The notes beneath the pieces were generated by a model. It worked only from the letters and a program-made list of their open reading frames with translations. It ran no database searches and was not told the origin of the DNA. Positions 1-12,182 of a stretch of 64,000 nt of DNA are shown here, one piece after another; position 1 is the stretch's first letter; the number at the start of each line of letters is the position of its first letter. The DNA is from Haliotis rufescens (Eukaryota). Position numbers and translations under genes: made by a program. The DNA lies in NCBI RefSeq assembly GCF_023055435.1, contig NW_025964361.1, positions 15,996,001 through 16,060,000 on the forward strand, read 5' to 3'.

Positions 1-2122
1 TACCTATAGCCTTGTCCTGAGTCATGAGCCCTACCGTGAAGATGTAGCGGGTCTTACCCTGCCCTCTACCTATAGCCTTGTCCTGAGTCATGAGCCCTAC
101 CGTGAAGATGTAGCGGGTCTTACCCTGCCCTCTACCTATAGCCTTGTCCTGAGTCATGAGCCCTACCGTGAAGATGTAGCGGGTCTTACCCTGCCCTCCA
201 CCTATAGCCTTGTCCTGAGTCATGAGCCCTACCGTGAAGATGTAGCGGGTCTTACCCTGCCCTCTACCTATAGCCTTGTCCTGAGTCATGAGCCCTACCG
301 TGAAGATGTAGCGGGTCTTACCCTGCCCTCTACCTATAGCCTTGTCCTGGGCCCTACCGTGAAGATGCAGCAGGTCTTACCCTGCCCTCCACCTATATCC
401 TTGTCCTGAGTCATGAGCCCTACCGTGAAGATGTAGCGGGTCTTACCCTGCCCTCCACCTATAGCCTTGTCCTGAGTCATGAGCCCTACCGTGAAGATGT
501 AGCGGGTCTTACCCTGCCCTCTACCTATAGCCTTGTCCTGAGTCATGAGCCCTACCGTGAAGATGTAGCGGGTCTTACCCTGCCCTCCACCTATAGCCTT
601 GTCCTGAGTCATGAGCCCTACCGTGAAGATGTAGCGGGTCTTACCCTGCCCTCCACCTATATCCTTGTCCTGGGCCCTACCGTGAAGATGTAGCGGGTCT
701 TACCCTGCCCTCCACCTATAGCCTTGTCCTGAGTCATGAGCCCTACCGTGAAGATGTAGCGGGTCTTACCCTGCCCTCCACCTATAGCCTTTTCCTGAGT
801 CCTGAGCCCTGAGCCCTACCGTGAAGATGTAGCAGGTATTACCCTGCCCTCCACCTATAGCCTTGTCCTGGGCCCTACCGTGAAGATGTAGCGGGTCTTA
901 CCCTGCCCTCCACCTATAGCCTTTTCCTGAGTCCTGAGCCCTGAGCCCTACCGTGAAGATGTAGCAGGTATTACCCTGCCCTCCACCTATAACCTTGTCC
1001 TGGGCCCTACCGTGAAGATGTAGCGGGTCTTACCCTGCCCTCCACCTATAGCCTTGTCCTGAGAACTACCTTGAAGATGTAGCGGTTCTTACCCTGCCCT
1101 CTACCTATAACCTTGTCCTGGACCCTACCTTGAAGATGCAGCGGGTCTTACCCTGCCCTCCACCTATAACCTTGTCCCGAGCCCTACCGTGAAGATGTAG
1201 CGGGTCTTACCCTGCCCTCCACCCATAGCCTTGTCCTGGACCCTACCTTGAAGATGCAGCGGGTCTTACCCTGCCCTCTACCTATAACCTTGTCCCGAGC
1301 CCTACCGTGAAGATGTAGCGGGTCTTACCCTGCCCTCCACATATAACCTTGTCCCGAGATTTAACGTGAAGATGCAGCGGGTCTTACCCTGCCCTCCACC
1401 TATAACCTTGTCCCGAGCCCTACCGTGAAGATGTAGCGGGTCTTACCCTGCCCTCCACCTATAGCCTTGTCCTGGACCCTACCGTGAAGATGTAGCGGGT
1501 CTTACCCTGCCCTCCACATATAACCTTGTCCTGGACCCTACCGTGAAGATGTAGCGGGTCTTACCCTGCCCTCCACCAATAGCCTTGTCCTGGACCCTAC
1601 CGTGAAGATGTAGCGGGTCTTACCCTGCCCTCCACCTATAGCCTTGTCCTGGACCCTACCGTGAAGATGTAGCGGGTCTTACCCTGCCCTCCACATATAA
1701 CCTTGTCCCGAGATTTAACGTGAAGATGTAGCGGGTCTTACCCTGCCCTCTACCTATAACCTTGTCCTGGGCCCTACCGTGAAGATGTAGCGGGTCTTAC
1801 CCTGCCCTCCACCTATTAACTTGTCCCGAACTCTACCGTGAAGATGTAGCGGGTCTTACCCTGCCCTCCACCTATTAACTTGTCCCGAACTCTACCGTGA
1901 AGGTGTAGCGGGACTTACCCTGCCCTCACATATTAACTTGTCCCGAACTCTACCGTGAAGATGTAGCGGGTCTTACCCTGCCCTCCACATATTAACTTGT
2001 CCCGAACTCTACTGTGAAGATGTAGCGGGTCTTACCCTGCCGTCTACCTATAGCCTTGTCCTGGGCCCTACCGTGAAGATGTAGCGGGTCTTACCCTGTC
2101 CTCCACCTATAACCTTGACCTG
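1..2122. repeat. Minisatellite, 59/66/73-bp unit variants, ~34 copies, runs off the window start
   Basis: Unit cctatagccttgtcctg[agtcatg]agccctaccgtgaagatgtagcgggtcttaccctgccctc(c/t)a; length variants differ by a 7-bp sub-repeat; divergence rises toward the 3' end. Confidence 0.97.
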
Positions 2123-2862
2123 GGACAAAATTGGGTTAAAAGCACCAAACTTGGCACACTTATACGTTGAACCATTCCGAACATTTCTGGATATGGATCC
2201 ACCTCAGCAGCGCCACGTGGTGGTAGAAAATCCAAGATGGCCACCAAAATGGTTAAAATCTCTTATGATGTCAATTCATATTCAATATAACATCATTATT
2301 TTGTCAATTTTAGTCATTTATATAAACTAATTGCTACAATGTTGTATATTATTCAAATCTAATATGCAGCGCCCACTGGTGACGAAGAAAATCCAAGATG
2401 GCCGCCAATATGACTTAATCTTCATAAAATGTCAAATGTTTGTCCACAATATCAGTTATCATTTGTTCATTGCAATCATTTCAATCAAATCTGGCTTCAA
2501 AACAATTCCGAATAATGCTTTACTGAATATATAAGCTTTTGGTACTAAAACTCATCCATTTGAAGCAAGATCTGTATTCCGTAAAGCAGATCTGGGGAAT
2601 ATATTAGACTGCATGAACTTGGTTAAAATTCTGTAACTGAACTTGAAATGTGATAAAGATAAAGACCAGCACGGACATATGCCTTTTTTATTCAGAATCA
2701 TTAAGGTTAACGAAACGAGCAACACTTATCCGAAGACGTGATTTAAGGTTGAAATAAACTTTCAGAGGAACATTTCCTTCTGACTGCCTTTGAAAGCTCA
2801 AGTCAGTATGAAATTTGTAGGACCAGGTATAAAAAACCCCAATCCTCAAGCATTCCAAACTC

Positions 2863-3039
2863 CAGTAAACTACGGTTATAACGAACTCAAAGGGACCACT
2901 AATTGTAGTTCGTTGTAACCATAGTTCGTTATAAACATATATACACCATATATGCAGCAAATGGCTCGGACCCCAAAAACCCATTTCGTTATATCCGCCA
3001 GTTCGTTATAAGCGTGTTTGTTATAAACGTAGTTTACTG
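2863..3039. mobile_element. 177-bp MITE (Tc1/pogo-like) nested in the Academ-like element
   Basis: TIRs CAGTAAACTACGgTTATAAC ... GTTATAAACGTAGTTTACTG followed by TA (left flank is TC, a presumably mutated TA TSD); internal gttcgttat sub-repeats. Confidence 0.8.
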
Positions 3040-3059
3040 TATCTCAGAACATCTTGTCT

Positions 3060-5060
3060 TCAAAGCGTGAAATCTCGGTGCACCAGCTCATCAACACAAA
3101 GACACCACTGAGACCGAGAAATACAAGTCATAGTTTAATTGGTATTAAACAAGAAAACGTGATCTTGTTGACACATTTCACAATATGGGTTTGTGCATTT
3201 AGCATGACTGTCTGGTGTATTTGAACAGATTTAGCACAGTTTGTGGTGTTTATGAAGACGAAGGTGTGGTATACCCACCAACATTCTCAAAAGATAACAT
3301 CTATCATAATCCCTGCTCAACAACAGCAACATATCCACTTCATGGTGCCAGCATTTCACAATTGTAGCAGCGTCCAACAGCTGAAGAGGAAGGAACATCA
3401 CATGTTCTTTTGGCTGAAGAAAGCACACAAACAAGGAAAACCATTTCCAAACAGCCCAGAGTATATACCAATGTACCCCCATCCTGTTTTAGAAAGATGG
3501 GTAATTATGTGCCTCAATTAAAAGGATCTTTCACCCAGGATATAGAAAGTGTTAACACAATGCCTGACCATGAGAAAAACTGGTCATATCACATGAAGGA
3601 AGTACTAGGAAAACAAGACAAACATGGCCTCCAAAAATTGCCGATATGCCAATGTTCTAGACTGTGCATACTCTGTTGCTATGATACAGCATTCAATTAA
3701 TATGGTAAAAAAGGGTATTGAAGATTTGAATCCTGGTCAGATGCATGTGCTTGCCTCCGATGAACTACTATACACAATTGCTAAAACAATCCAGTGGAAC
3801 TGTCCTGAATTATATGATGAGTGAGTGAGTGAGTATGGTTTTACGCCGCTTTTAGCAATATTCAAGCAATATCACGGCAGGGGACACCAGAAATGGGCTT
3901 CACACTTTGTACCCATGTCGAGAATCGAACCCGGGTCTTCGGCGTGACGAGCGAACGCTTTAACCACTAGGCTACCCGACCGCCCCGAATTATATGATGA
4001 AGTTCCTTCCACCATGTTTGGTCGATTTGCATATAGAAATAGTTGCTTTCAGGATTCTCAGAAACTGTCCCCACGGAAGTAGGTGGAAAACTGCAATCTG
4101 TTCTGCTGGAATTGCCTCACGCAGATTTGCTGATTCCTTCATCATGTGTACCCACTTTACCAACATAAGGCATATGTGCAATATAAGTAACAGAAGCGAA
4201 CACAGAAGATCCTTTCAGAAACTGGTGTGCACTGAAGTAAGCTGCCCATCCCGTTTCACTACTGGCCCCTTGTTCTTGAACAAGAACTTTGCATATTGTG
4301 CCTGGTGGGTGCAATTCAAAAAGCAGATTTCCCAAAGCATCACTTGTTATGTTAATGGCTTGCATTTCACAGATATGTCCCTCTTACAGTAGAGCACGAG
4401 CACCGCTGTACCACGAATATTGTTCCGGTGGATTAGGGACAAACAAGACTAAACGGACATTCTCTTGTGTGGCACAAGGTCAGACACATGAAAAATTCAA
4501 TAGGCGTATGAAAGGATATGGAGGTGCAGTTTAATTTAGTGAAACAGCCGAGAGTTTTCTTCTAGAGGCCCACGGAATTCAAAGACATTGTCACTATTTC
4601 ATGCCTTCACCAGTTCATATGCTTGGGATATGTGTCAAGTATTTCCTGAAGTCACCAATGTTCCCATCATCAGCAGATATCTCTGACAACACAATGCAGA
4701 TTCTTGAGCGGTTTGTCGTTCTTACTGGTTTACTTGGTCAATGAAAGGCATAATATCTGTTCATGAAGATCTTAGGCAATTGACATTTCAACCCATAGAG
4801 GTAGCTCTAAGATAGCACCAATGCATGTATGGGGACAGGTGCTTGACAAACGTCCCACACTACAGAATCTTGTAGTCAGGGGTCGGGAGAGGACATGCAG
4901 TAATATATAGATACCCAAGTGGACAACACAGTGTCAGGCACAAAGAAGTGTTATAAACTAACACTACACCTGTAAGAAGTCTGGCAAACCTTTGTAAACT
5001 TTACACTGCCTGTCTTGAGTACAGTGCCATGTGATACTTTGAAGGAAAGTGTTCACTGTA
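3060..5060 (+). pseudogene. Fragmented, internally deleted transposase-like coding remnant of the Academ-like element
   Basis: Several short + strand ORFs (3243..3521, 3410..3700, 3624..3824, 3994..4392, 4289..4534) carry consecutive pieces of one protein family, broken by frameshifts, stops and a SINE. Confidence 0.7.
3821..3986 (-). mobile_element. Full-length tRNA-derived SINE with (ACTC)n tail
   Basis: Minus strand has A-box-like TAGCCTAGTGG and B-box GGTTCGATTC; perfect 14-bp TSD gaattatatgatga at 3807..3820 and 3987..4000; splits the transposase remnant at 'LYDE'. Confidence 0.92.
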
Positions 5061-7605
5061 AGTGAATTTTAGAACTGTAAACACATACATTGAACCGATA
5101 TTCCTGGTTCTACTTAAGTAGTAAGTAAGTTAACGTCATAGGTTCATGACAATAATGTCAATAATACTTTAACATATATTCCTGTTTTTAAGATATGAAT
5201 CCATTCTCAGATGAGTGGTTTTGGGGTGATCTAATATTAACTAGGTAGAACATTTCTCAGTAGCGTATTTATAAAATAATATGCCGAGAACAGGTCACAG
5301 ACAATACATACTAATTGATACAATGTCATTTAAAAATGTTTCATCACATCAAAACTATCATATCAATCAAACATATCATATCATATCAAACATATCAATA
5401 ATATGCCGAGTACACATCATAGACAATACATATTAATGTATATCAACTTATCAACTTGTCCTTAGTCCAAAGATATCAAATGATATCTATATCTGCTGTA
5501 GAAATAGACAATTTCTGAAAACTAAAACATATCCACCAGGGGGCGCTGCATATGAGATTTGAGTTATATAAAGCATTGTTGCAATTGATCCTGAAAAAGA
5601 TACTGTGATACATTGAATGAATTGACCAGATAATTATGATATAATGAGTATAGACTAAAGCTATTAGAGATTTCAACCATGCCGACGGCCATCTTGGACT
5701 TTCATCACCACCTGGAGGTGCCGCATACTAGGTTTGAATAATATACAGGATTGTTGTGATTACTTCTAAATACATTTATTTACAATGCTAATTTATATAA
5801 ATTGGCCAGGTAACTATGATGTGTTGAGTATAGACTGATTAGAGATTTCAGCCATGCTGGGGGCCATCTTGGATTTTCTACCTCCAGGGGGCGCTGCAAG
5901 CTATATTTGAATTATATACAGCGCTGCTGCAATTCATTCCGCATGCATTACTATGGATATATGTATAAATGGATCAGATAAGTATGATATTTTGAGTATA
6001 TATTGATATCATTAGAGAGTTCAGCCATGTTGGCGGCCATCTTGGATTTTACACCACCAGGGGGCTCTGCTGAGGTGGATCCATATCCAAAAATGTTCGA
6101 AATGGTTCAATGTATTAGTGTGCCAAGTTTGGTACTTTTAACCCAAAGTGCACAATTTTAGCCTTAACCGCCCCACTATAAGTAGAATGATCAAATTTTC
6201 TGAGACGAGCTACGAAACGGGACAATAAGAATGTTCCCGAAATACGTGGCATGTTCGGATAGTGATCTGATGGGACAGTAATTTGTCTCCCCATTTGCCA
6301 ATATGGTGCACTGGGTATCCCGGTTGTATCAGTGGAATTCATCTTCAGGCATTCAGGCGCGGCTCAGCAGAGACAGCCGCTACCTCACAACACATTCGGG
6401 CATGGCGTGCATATGTTGCCGATAGAAACGGAAATAACCGGCTCGTATATCGCGGCTCTCTGTCTGGCATTAACTCGCCCTCGTCACGTCACATATACCT
6501 GTGAACATATATATTTTCTTATCTGGGCAATTTCCCAGTCTTCTGGTCACTACAAACACTGGCCGAAGTTATCTGGTTTAGTCTGAGCGACCTGACATGC
6601 TCTCATTGAGCTAATGACTTCTCGATATATAATAGGTATGGCTCCTCCAACAGTTACCTCCCCTGCGCTGCTCGATGGGAGTAGCCCACAGACACACGGG
6701 CGGACTGGCGTGACTGTTTCACACTAGCAGACTCCGCCCTAGATTGTCACGTACGAACGTTGTTGAATTCGGTGGTATGAAAATAGAATTCTGGTTGCTA
6801 TCAGCGCATAGGATGGGACTGTGATAATTCACAGCAGAGTCAATCGTGGTGTGTGTCACCTGGCATGCGTATGTTGGCTGGAAGCAGTGTACAATTAATA
6901 TCTCAACAGGTAAGTCTTTAACTTTTCGAACGTATCTCATTCTGCCTTATCTGAAGGAAAACTTCTCGCACAGAGACTTGAAGTTTTAGATTTCCTTGAT
7001 TTCAGTTTCCCAGTGAGTGTTACGGGTAATTGTGTAGATAACAAGGTTAATCACAGACGGGACATTAATAATGTATCTCGTTCCGCAAATGTTGTTCCTT
7101 GATTAGGTTCAGGTTGGGTGTGGCATGTGATCATTGTCTCAAACATATCGTCATGCCAGTTACTGTTGAGGGTTTTAGTTTCCTTAAGTTGAATTGCTGG
7201 TAATGTAGATGCAACAGTGGTTACGGTAACGTCAGGTTGACAGGCGCTATAACTGACACCATGTGTTCAATATTGCCACTATGTGCACCGCTACTTGAAG
7301 AAATCGAAGAAGAAAGGTAACAAAATGGATTAGTTTATGACAAGATGAAGTAACCGAGGAAGCAACTCGACCCTGGTCAGTTCGTGCTTCCAGTCCTCCA
7401 GCAGTGTCTCCTGTAGGGGAACACATACTGACCTACCAGTATCTCCAGGCCGCCGGCCACAGTGTAGAACACAATACCTGGGTCTGTGAGTCTAACAACT
7501 TTCCCGTGGCTGGATGGAACTGTAGGCTTATAAGCTAATGCCATCGTTTGATGTGTTCTTCAATTCTACTCTTGCGTCCGTAGAGTGTGCGATTTGTGAT
7601 TTGTG

Positions 7606-7608
<3 letters not shown>

Positions 7609-7653
<45 letters not shown>
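7609..7653. repeat. (TG)n microsatellite
   Basis: Direct observation. Confidence 0.97.
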
Positions 7654-7655
<2 letters not shown>

Positions 7656-8309
7656 CAGCACAGGAAGATATAGGGATATACAGGAGATATACGTTATAAT
7701 TCACCTCAGATTTCTATTTCCGATGACATACTAACACACGTAAACAGTCTCCACATGAACACATCGACTCCTGCTGTAATTCCCCATACATCTCTGAAGA
7801 TCGTATTGTTACGTCAGCGAGTCTCCATGAACCAAAATTCCTGCCACTCCAGCTTCCCTCCCCCCTACCCCTAGCTAACCTGACCCCAGCGTGAATGCAC
7901 CCATGGGAAGGGGGCACAGTCTATCACTTACATTAGCACTCAACATCTGGTATGCGTCTGTACTGACTGAACGATCGGCGCCGTATCGAGGCATTCCTGA
8001 AAGTAGCATTGTTACGTCACGTGTTAGTCCGGTGACCAGTTGGTGTTACGGCTGCCACTGACCAGCAACAGTCCGTCATGGGGTATTGGGATGTCAGCTT
8101 GATTTGCGAAAGACGTGTCCACGATTTTAGATAGCCGATACCATAAATCTGCCTCCCTTCTCATCATGCACACATCTACGTTTGTGTTTCCGTACGGGAT
8201 TCTTCCTGGTATTCACCTGAAAATGGTTCAAATAACCTTATTGGCAAGTATTGAAAGATTGGACGCCCTGGTGGTCAGGTTCAGTGACCCAATGGCGTGC
8301 ATCGCTAAC

Positions 8310-8331
8310 TTAATAATAATAACTAATAATA

Positions 8332-8380
<49 letters not shown>
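8310..8380. repeat. (TAA)n/(CTA)n microsatellite
   Basis: Direct observation; source of the poly-Tyr ORF. Confidence 0.95.
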
Positions 8381-8896
8381 AATAAAAAAACCAGACCTCG
8401 TCTGCGACTTTGTTTATCAATATTATTAGTTACATGGTCCTGTTAAGTCCAAGGTTCACCTTGCCCTCGCTCGATGTTTGAAACATGTCCTCACATCCAA
8501 GTATGGGTTGCAACACGGGGGTTAGTTTGGAGAGAGCTTGAAACATGCACCTATCTGTATCGATCTGTTGAATGTTGTGACGTCACATTAGGTTGAAATA
8601 TATCTTCAATTTCCGAAGTGGTTGTCCACCATTTGGGTTTTCGCTTACAAGGTGAGAGGCTTTGTTATGCCCCTCTCCCTTAACATGCATGCACGTAGAG
8701 AGTACTTCAGAAGTAACATAGCTCTGCTGGAGTATAGGATTAGACACGTTCTTTGAAGGATGATCGATAATTCCTCAGTTAAAAATCAACCTATTTCAGA
8801 TCATTTATCATCTTCGATGACACTAATGGGTTCGGTAGTCAATTCTAAAGGTAACTTAGCTCATTGACAACTTCTGTCCTACATAATCACAGTTTC

Positions 8897-9722
8897 GCAG
8901 ATGCAGCATATACCTCCATCCTAGTACAACATCACGTAGACAGATGCAGCATATCTCAATGCCAGTGCAACACGGTGACAGAGGCAGCAAACATCTCTAT
9001 GTCTGTACAGTATCACGTAGACAGATGCAGCATATGCCTCAATGCAAGTGCAACACGGTGACAGAGGCAGCAAACATCTCTATGTCAGTACATCATCACA
9101 GGGACAGATGCAGCATATGCCTCTATGCCAGTACAGCAACACGGTGACAGATGCAGCATATGCCTCTATGCCAGTACAGCATCACGAGGACAGATGCAGC
9201 TTATACCTCTATGCCAGTACAGCATCACGAGGACAGATGCAGCTTATACCTCTATGCCAGTACAGCACCACGGTGACAGATGCAGCATATACCTCTATAC
9301 CAGTACAGCATCATGGGGACAGATGCAGCATATACCTCTATGCCAGTACAGCATCACGGTGACAGATGCAGCATATACCTCTATGCCAGTACAGCATCAC
9401 GGTGACAGATGCAGCATATACCTCTATGCCAGTACAGCACCACGGTGACAGATGCAGCATATACCTCTATGCCAGTACAACATCACGGTGACAGATGCAG
9501 CATATACCTCTATGCCAGTACAGCACCACGGTTACAGATGCAGCATATACCTCTATGCCAGTACAGCATGACGGGGACAGATGCAACATATATCTCTATG
9601 CCAGTACAACATCACGGTGACAGATGCAGCATATACCTCTATGCCAGTACAGCACCACGGTTACAGATGCAGCATATACCTCTATGCCAGTACAGCATCA
9701 CGGTGACAGATGCAGCATATAT
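8897..9722. repeat. 43-bp minisatellite, ~19 copies
   Basis: Unit cagatgcagcatatacctctatgccagtacagcatcacggtga; more degenerate at the 5' side. Confidence 0.96.
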
Positions 9723-10466
9723 GAAGCAAATATCTCTACGCCAGTGTTTGATGAAGTGTCTGACTGATGTTAAACATTGGTCCAATGGTCATTCTTTCTT
9801 GGCTAGAGGCGAGATCAAAGACATCGCCAATTTTCTAATAAAAAACCGAAAGTGCGGCCGTTTGTCGCGTGAACCCATCGCTGTACGAGCACGCTCAGTT
9901 ACCCTAACAATTCGTAAATTACTTCGACTGTGCTACAGCGGGGTCCGCTGGGTCAGTGCCTTAGCATTTATTAAAAAAAACACCTTTTCCGTCGATGGCC
10001 ATCAGAAGTTTTGTGACATTTTTCAAGGCCAGTGCTGTTCACATACCCCAAGTGACGTACGTAGCACTTGTCACTCGCGGTTGTCGATCTGCCGGCTGCG
10101 GTCCTATCTCCGGTGTTTCAAATAGTAACAGCATAAAAAGGTTTCTGGCAATTCCCAGGATGTACTGCACTCATTCTGTGAGGCAACATGGGTTCCTCAA
10201 CGCCAGTATTTAGGGAAGTCCACACACGTCAATAGTGAGCGGGATTAACTCTTGCAGTGATTGTGACCATGCTTCGATGTGAAGGTCACGCAGGGTAACG
10301 CGATGTCAACATGACAGATATACGTCTGGAGTCCGCAAACGTCTGTATAAACTGCTTCCTTTATGTTGTGTTTGTGTCAAAAAATATTTTATTAATCCTT
10401 CGCGGACTGATATATTCAATGAAGTATTTTATTCATGCATCTTATTTGATGAACAAGATGAGTATT

Positions 10467-10685
10467 TACGGAGGCCTTTTAGTGCGTAAGCCTTTTAGGA
10501 ACACTTGACTTATCTTTGTTTGAGTATCTTAGTATCTTTAAAGATAATTACGTTGAAATTAGTATCTTGAAATTCCAACATTATCTTGAAATTTCAACTT
10601 AGTATCTTGAAATATTCCACATAGCATCTTGAAATTTCAAGCAAAAAAATCCCCAAAAACCAAATGGCCAAAAAAGGCTTCACTA
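10467..10685. mobile_element. Possible degraded small TIR element
   Basis: Ends tacggaggcctttt / aaaaggcttcacta are imperfect inverted repeats; internal tatcttgaaatt repeats; no TSD seen. Confidence 0.3.
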
Positions 10686-10742
10686 CAATATAGAGAATAA
10701 TGGAATCGTACTAATGGAAAAGGGTAAGTGCTTTATGTAAAG

Positions 10743-11239
10743 TAACAAAACAACATAATAGTTGGTCATTCGTCTGATAAATGTTTTATTATAACCAAAC
10801 AACATAATAGTTGGTCATTCGTCTGATAAATGTTTTATTATAACAAAACAACATAATAGTTGGTCATTCGTCTGATAAATGTTTTATCATAACAAAACAA
10901 CATAATAGTTGGTCATTCGTCAAATAAATGTTTTATTGTAACAAAACAACATAATAGTTGGTCATTCGTCTGATAAATGTTTTATTATAACCAAACAACA
11001 TAATACTTGTTCATTCGTCTGATAAATGTTTTATTATAACAAAACAACATACTAGTTGGTCATTCGTCTGATAAATGTTTTATTAAAACAAAACAACATA
11101 ATACTTGGTCATTCGTCTGATAAATGTTTTATTATAACAAAACAACATAATAGTTGGTCATTCGTCTGATAAATGTTTTATTATAACAAAACAACATAAT
11201 ACTTGTTCATTCGTCTGATAAATGTTTTGTCATAACAAA
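10743..11239. repeat. 49-bp AT-rich minisatellite, ~10 copies
   Basis: Unit ataacaaaacaacataatagttggtcattcgtctgataaatgttttatt. Confidence 0.96.
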
Positions 11240-12182
11240 TTGACTGGAGACACAGGGAAACAGGAGACAGGCGCTCTGAGAGGGGTGGTGTGATATCTCA
11301 GTTACCAATGTCAATATCGGGCGTGGCCACCATTAGTGACCACTATCCATACTATCTTGTCATAAATCATATTTGTTTTACAAGTCTGATATTTTAAGTA
11401 ATGTTTTGCTGACACTGTTGTTTTTAATTTCAGAAAAATATGCATTTTGAATATATCTTATTAACGCATACATCACCTCTGGTGTGCTTTTGCATCTCAT
11501 TTACACATATCAGTCGTAATGTATATGCAGGCCCGTGCTGTGCATGCATTTAAATATGAAAGCTGATTCATCTATCATAAACGTCAAATGATGTATGCAG
11601 TGTTATAGTCATGAAACGAAAGTTTGGAACTTATCATTCTTCTACTCATTCCTCAAATGTACCTGTTTGAGAGCCCACCAGACTGTCACCTCACGATTAG
11701 GTCAGACAGACTCGTCACAACATTTGCTTGAGTCGAATCCTACTGGACGAGTGGCTGGGTGTGCCCTGCCTGCCCTGCATGCCCTGACATGGCCCAACAC
11801 ATATCACACCGCCTGCAGTGTTGCTTGCTTGTCTCTCCGCCCAACCCGTCTTGTTGACCAAAGTTCTGCGTGAAGAAAACAAACATGGGGCGAGACCATG
11901 GCTATCCGTCTTGTTGACAATTTCAGGTTTCTAGAATGTTACAATAGCCCAACGTCCCGGCTCACCTAGACACAATCCCGCCATGGGACCTGGCCACCTT
12001 AGTCGTTCTTAAACTAAACGCTCTTTTTCCGAAACAAATAAAACTATACTTGGAATGTACCGAATATTTGTCAAATAATTCCACACACGCAAGTCGTACA
12101 TAAATACTTTATCATGCAAATATATATTCCATCTATACACTAACCAAAGGCTCGGAAAATTGATCTCAAACGTCGTTCCATT

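Larger units (their letters stand above)
2127..6178 (+). mobile_element. Decayed TIR DNA transposon, probably Academ superfamily (transposase + XPG-like + Cys-rich tail); left terminus truncated
   Basis: 2131..2246 is the inverted copy of ~6032..6146 (ttgggttaaaagcaccaaacttggcacac...ggatatggatccacctcagcag...caagatggcc). The right end reads ...ccgccccaCTA (5'-TAGTGGGGCGG). The interior has broken frames: 'ASDELLYTIAKTIQWNCPELYDE', 'DLHIEIVAFRIL...GSRWKTAICSAGIASRRFADSFI', 'AQGQTHEKFNRRMKGYGGAV', 'FHAFT', and a Cys-rich remnant near 4950-5050. Family call is from recalled motifs, not a search. Confidence 0.75.

Noticed and set aside
3900-3986. Functional tRNA genes at the SINE heads (also 40500..40575)
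   Set aside because: A/B boxes are present but continue into a SINE body and (ACTC)n tail, one copy has a TSD, and the cloverleaf is incomplete.
7320-7545. Minus-strand exon(s) (DPGIVFYTVAGGLEIL / ETLLEDWKHELTRV)
   Set aside because: The implied intron would be only ~26 nt, the unspliced ORF is 55 aa, and there is no recognisable family or partner exons.
10743-11239. SECIS elements in the 49-bp array downstream of the TGA-only frame
   Set aside because: The minus-strand ATGA is not followed by a paired helix with an apical AA and a 3' GA in the required geometry.
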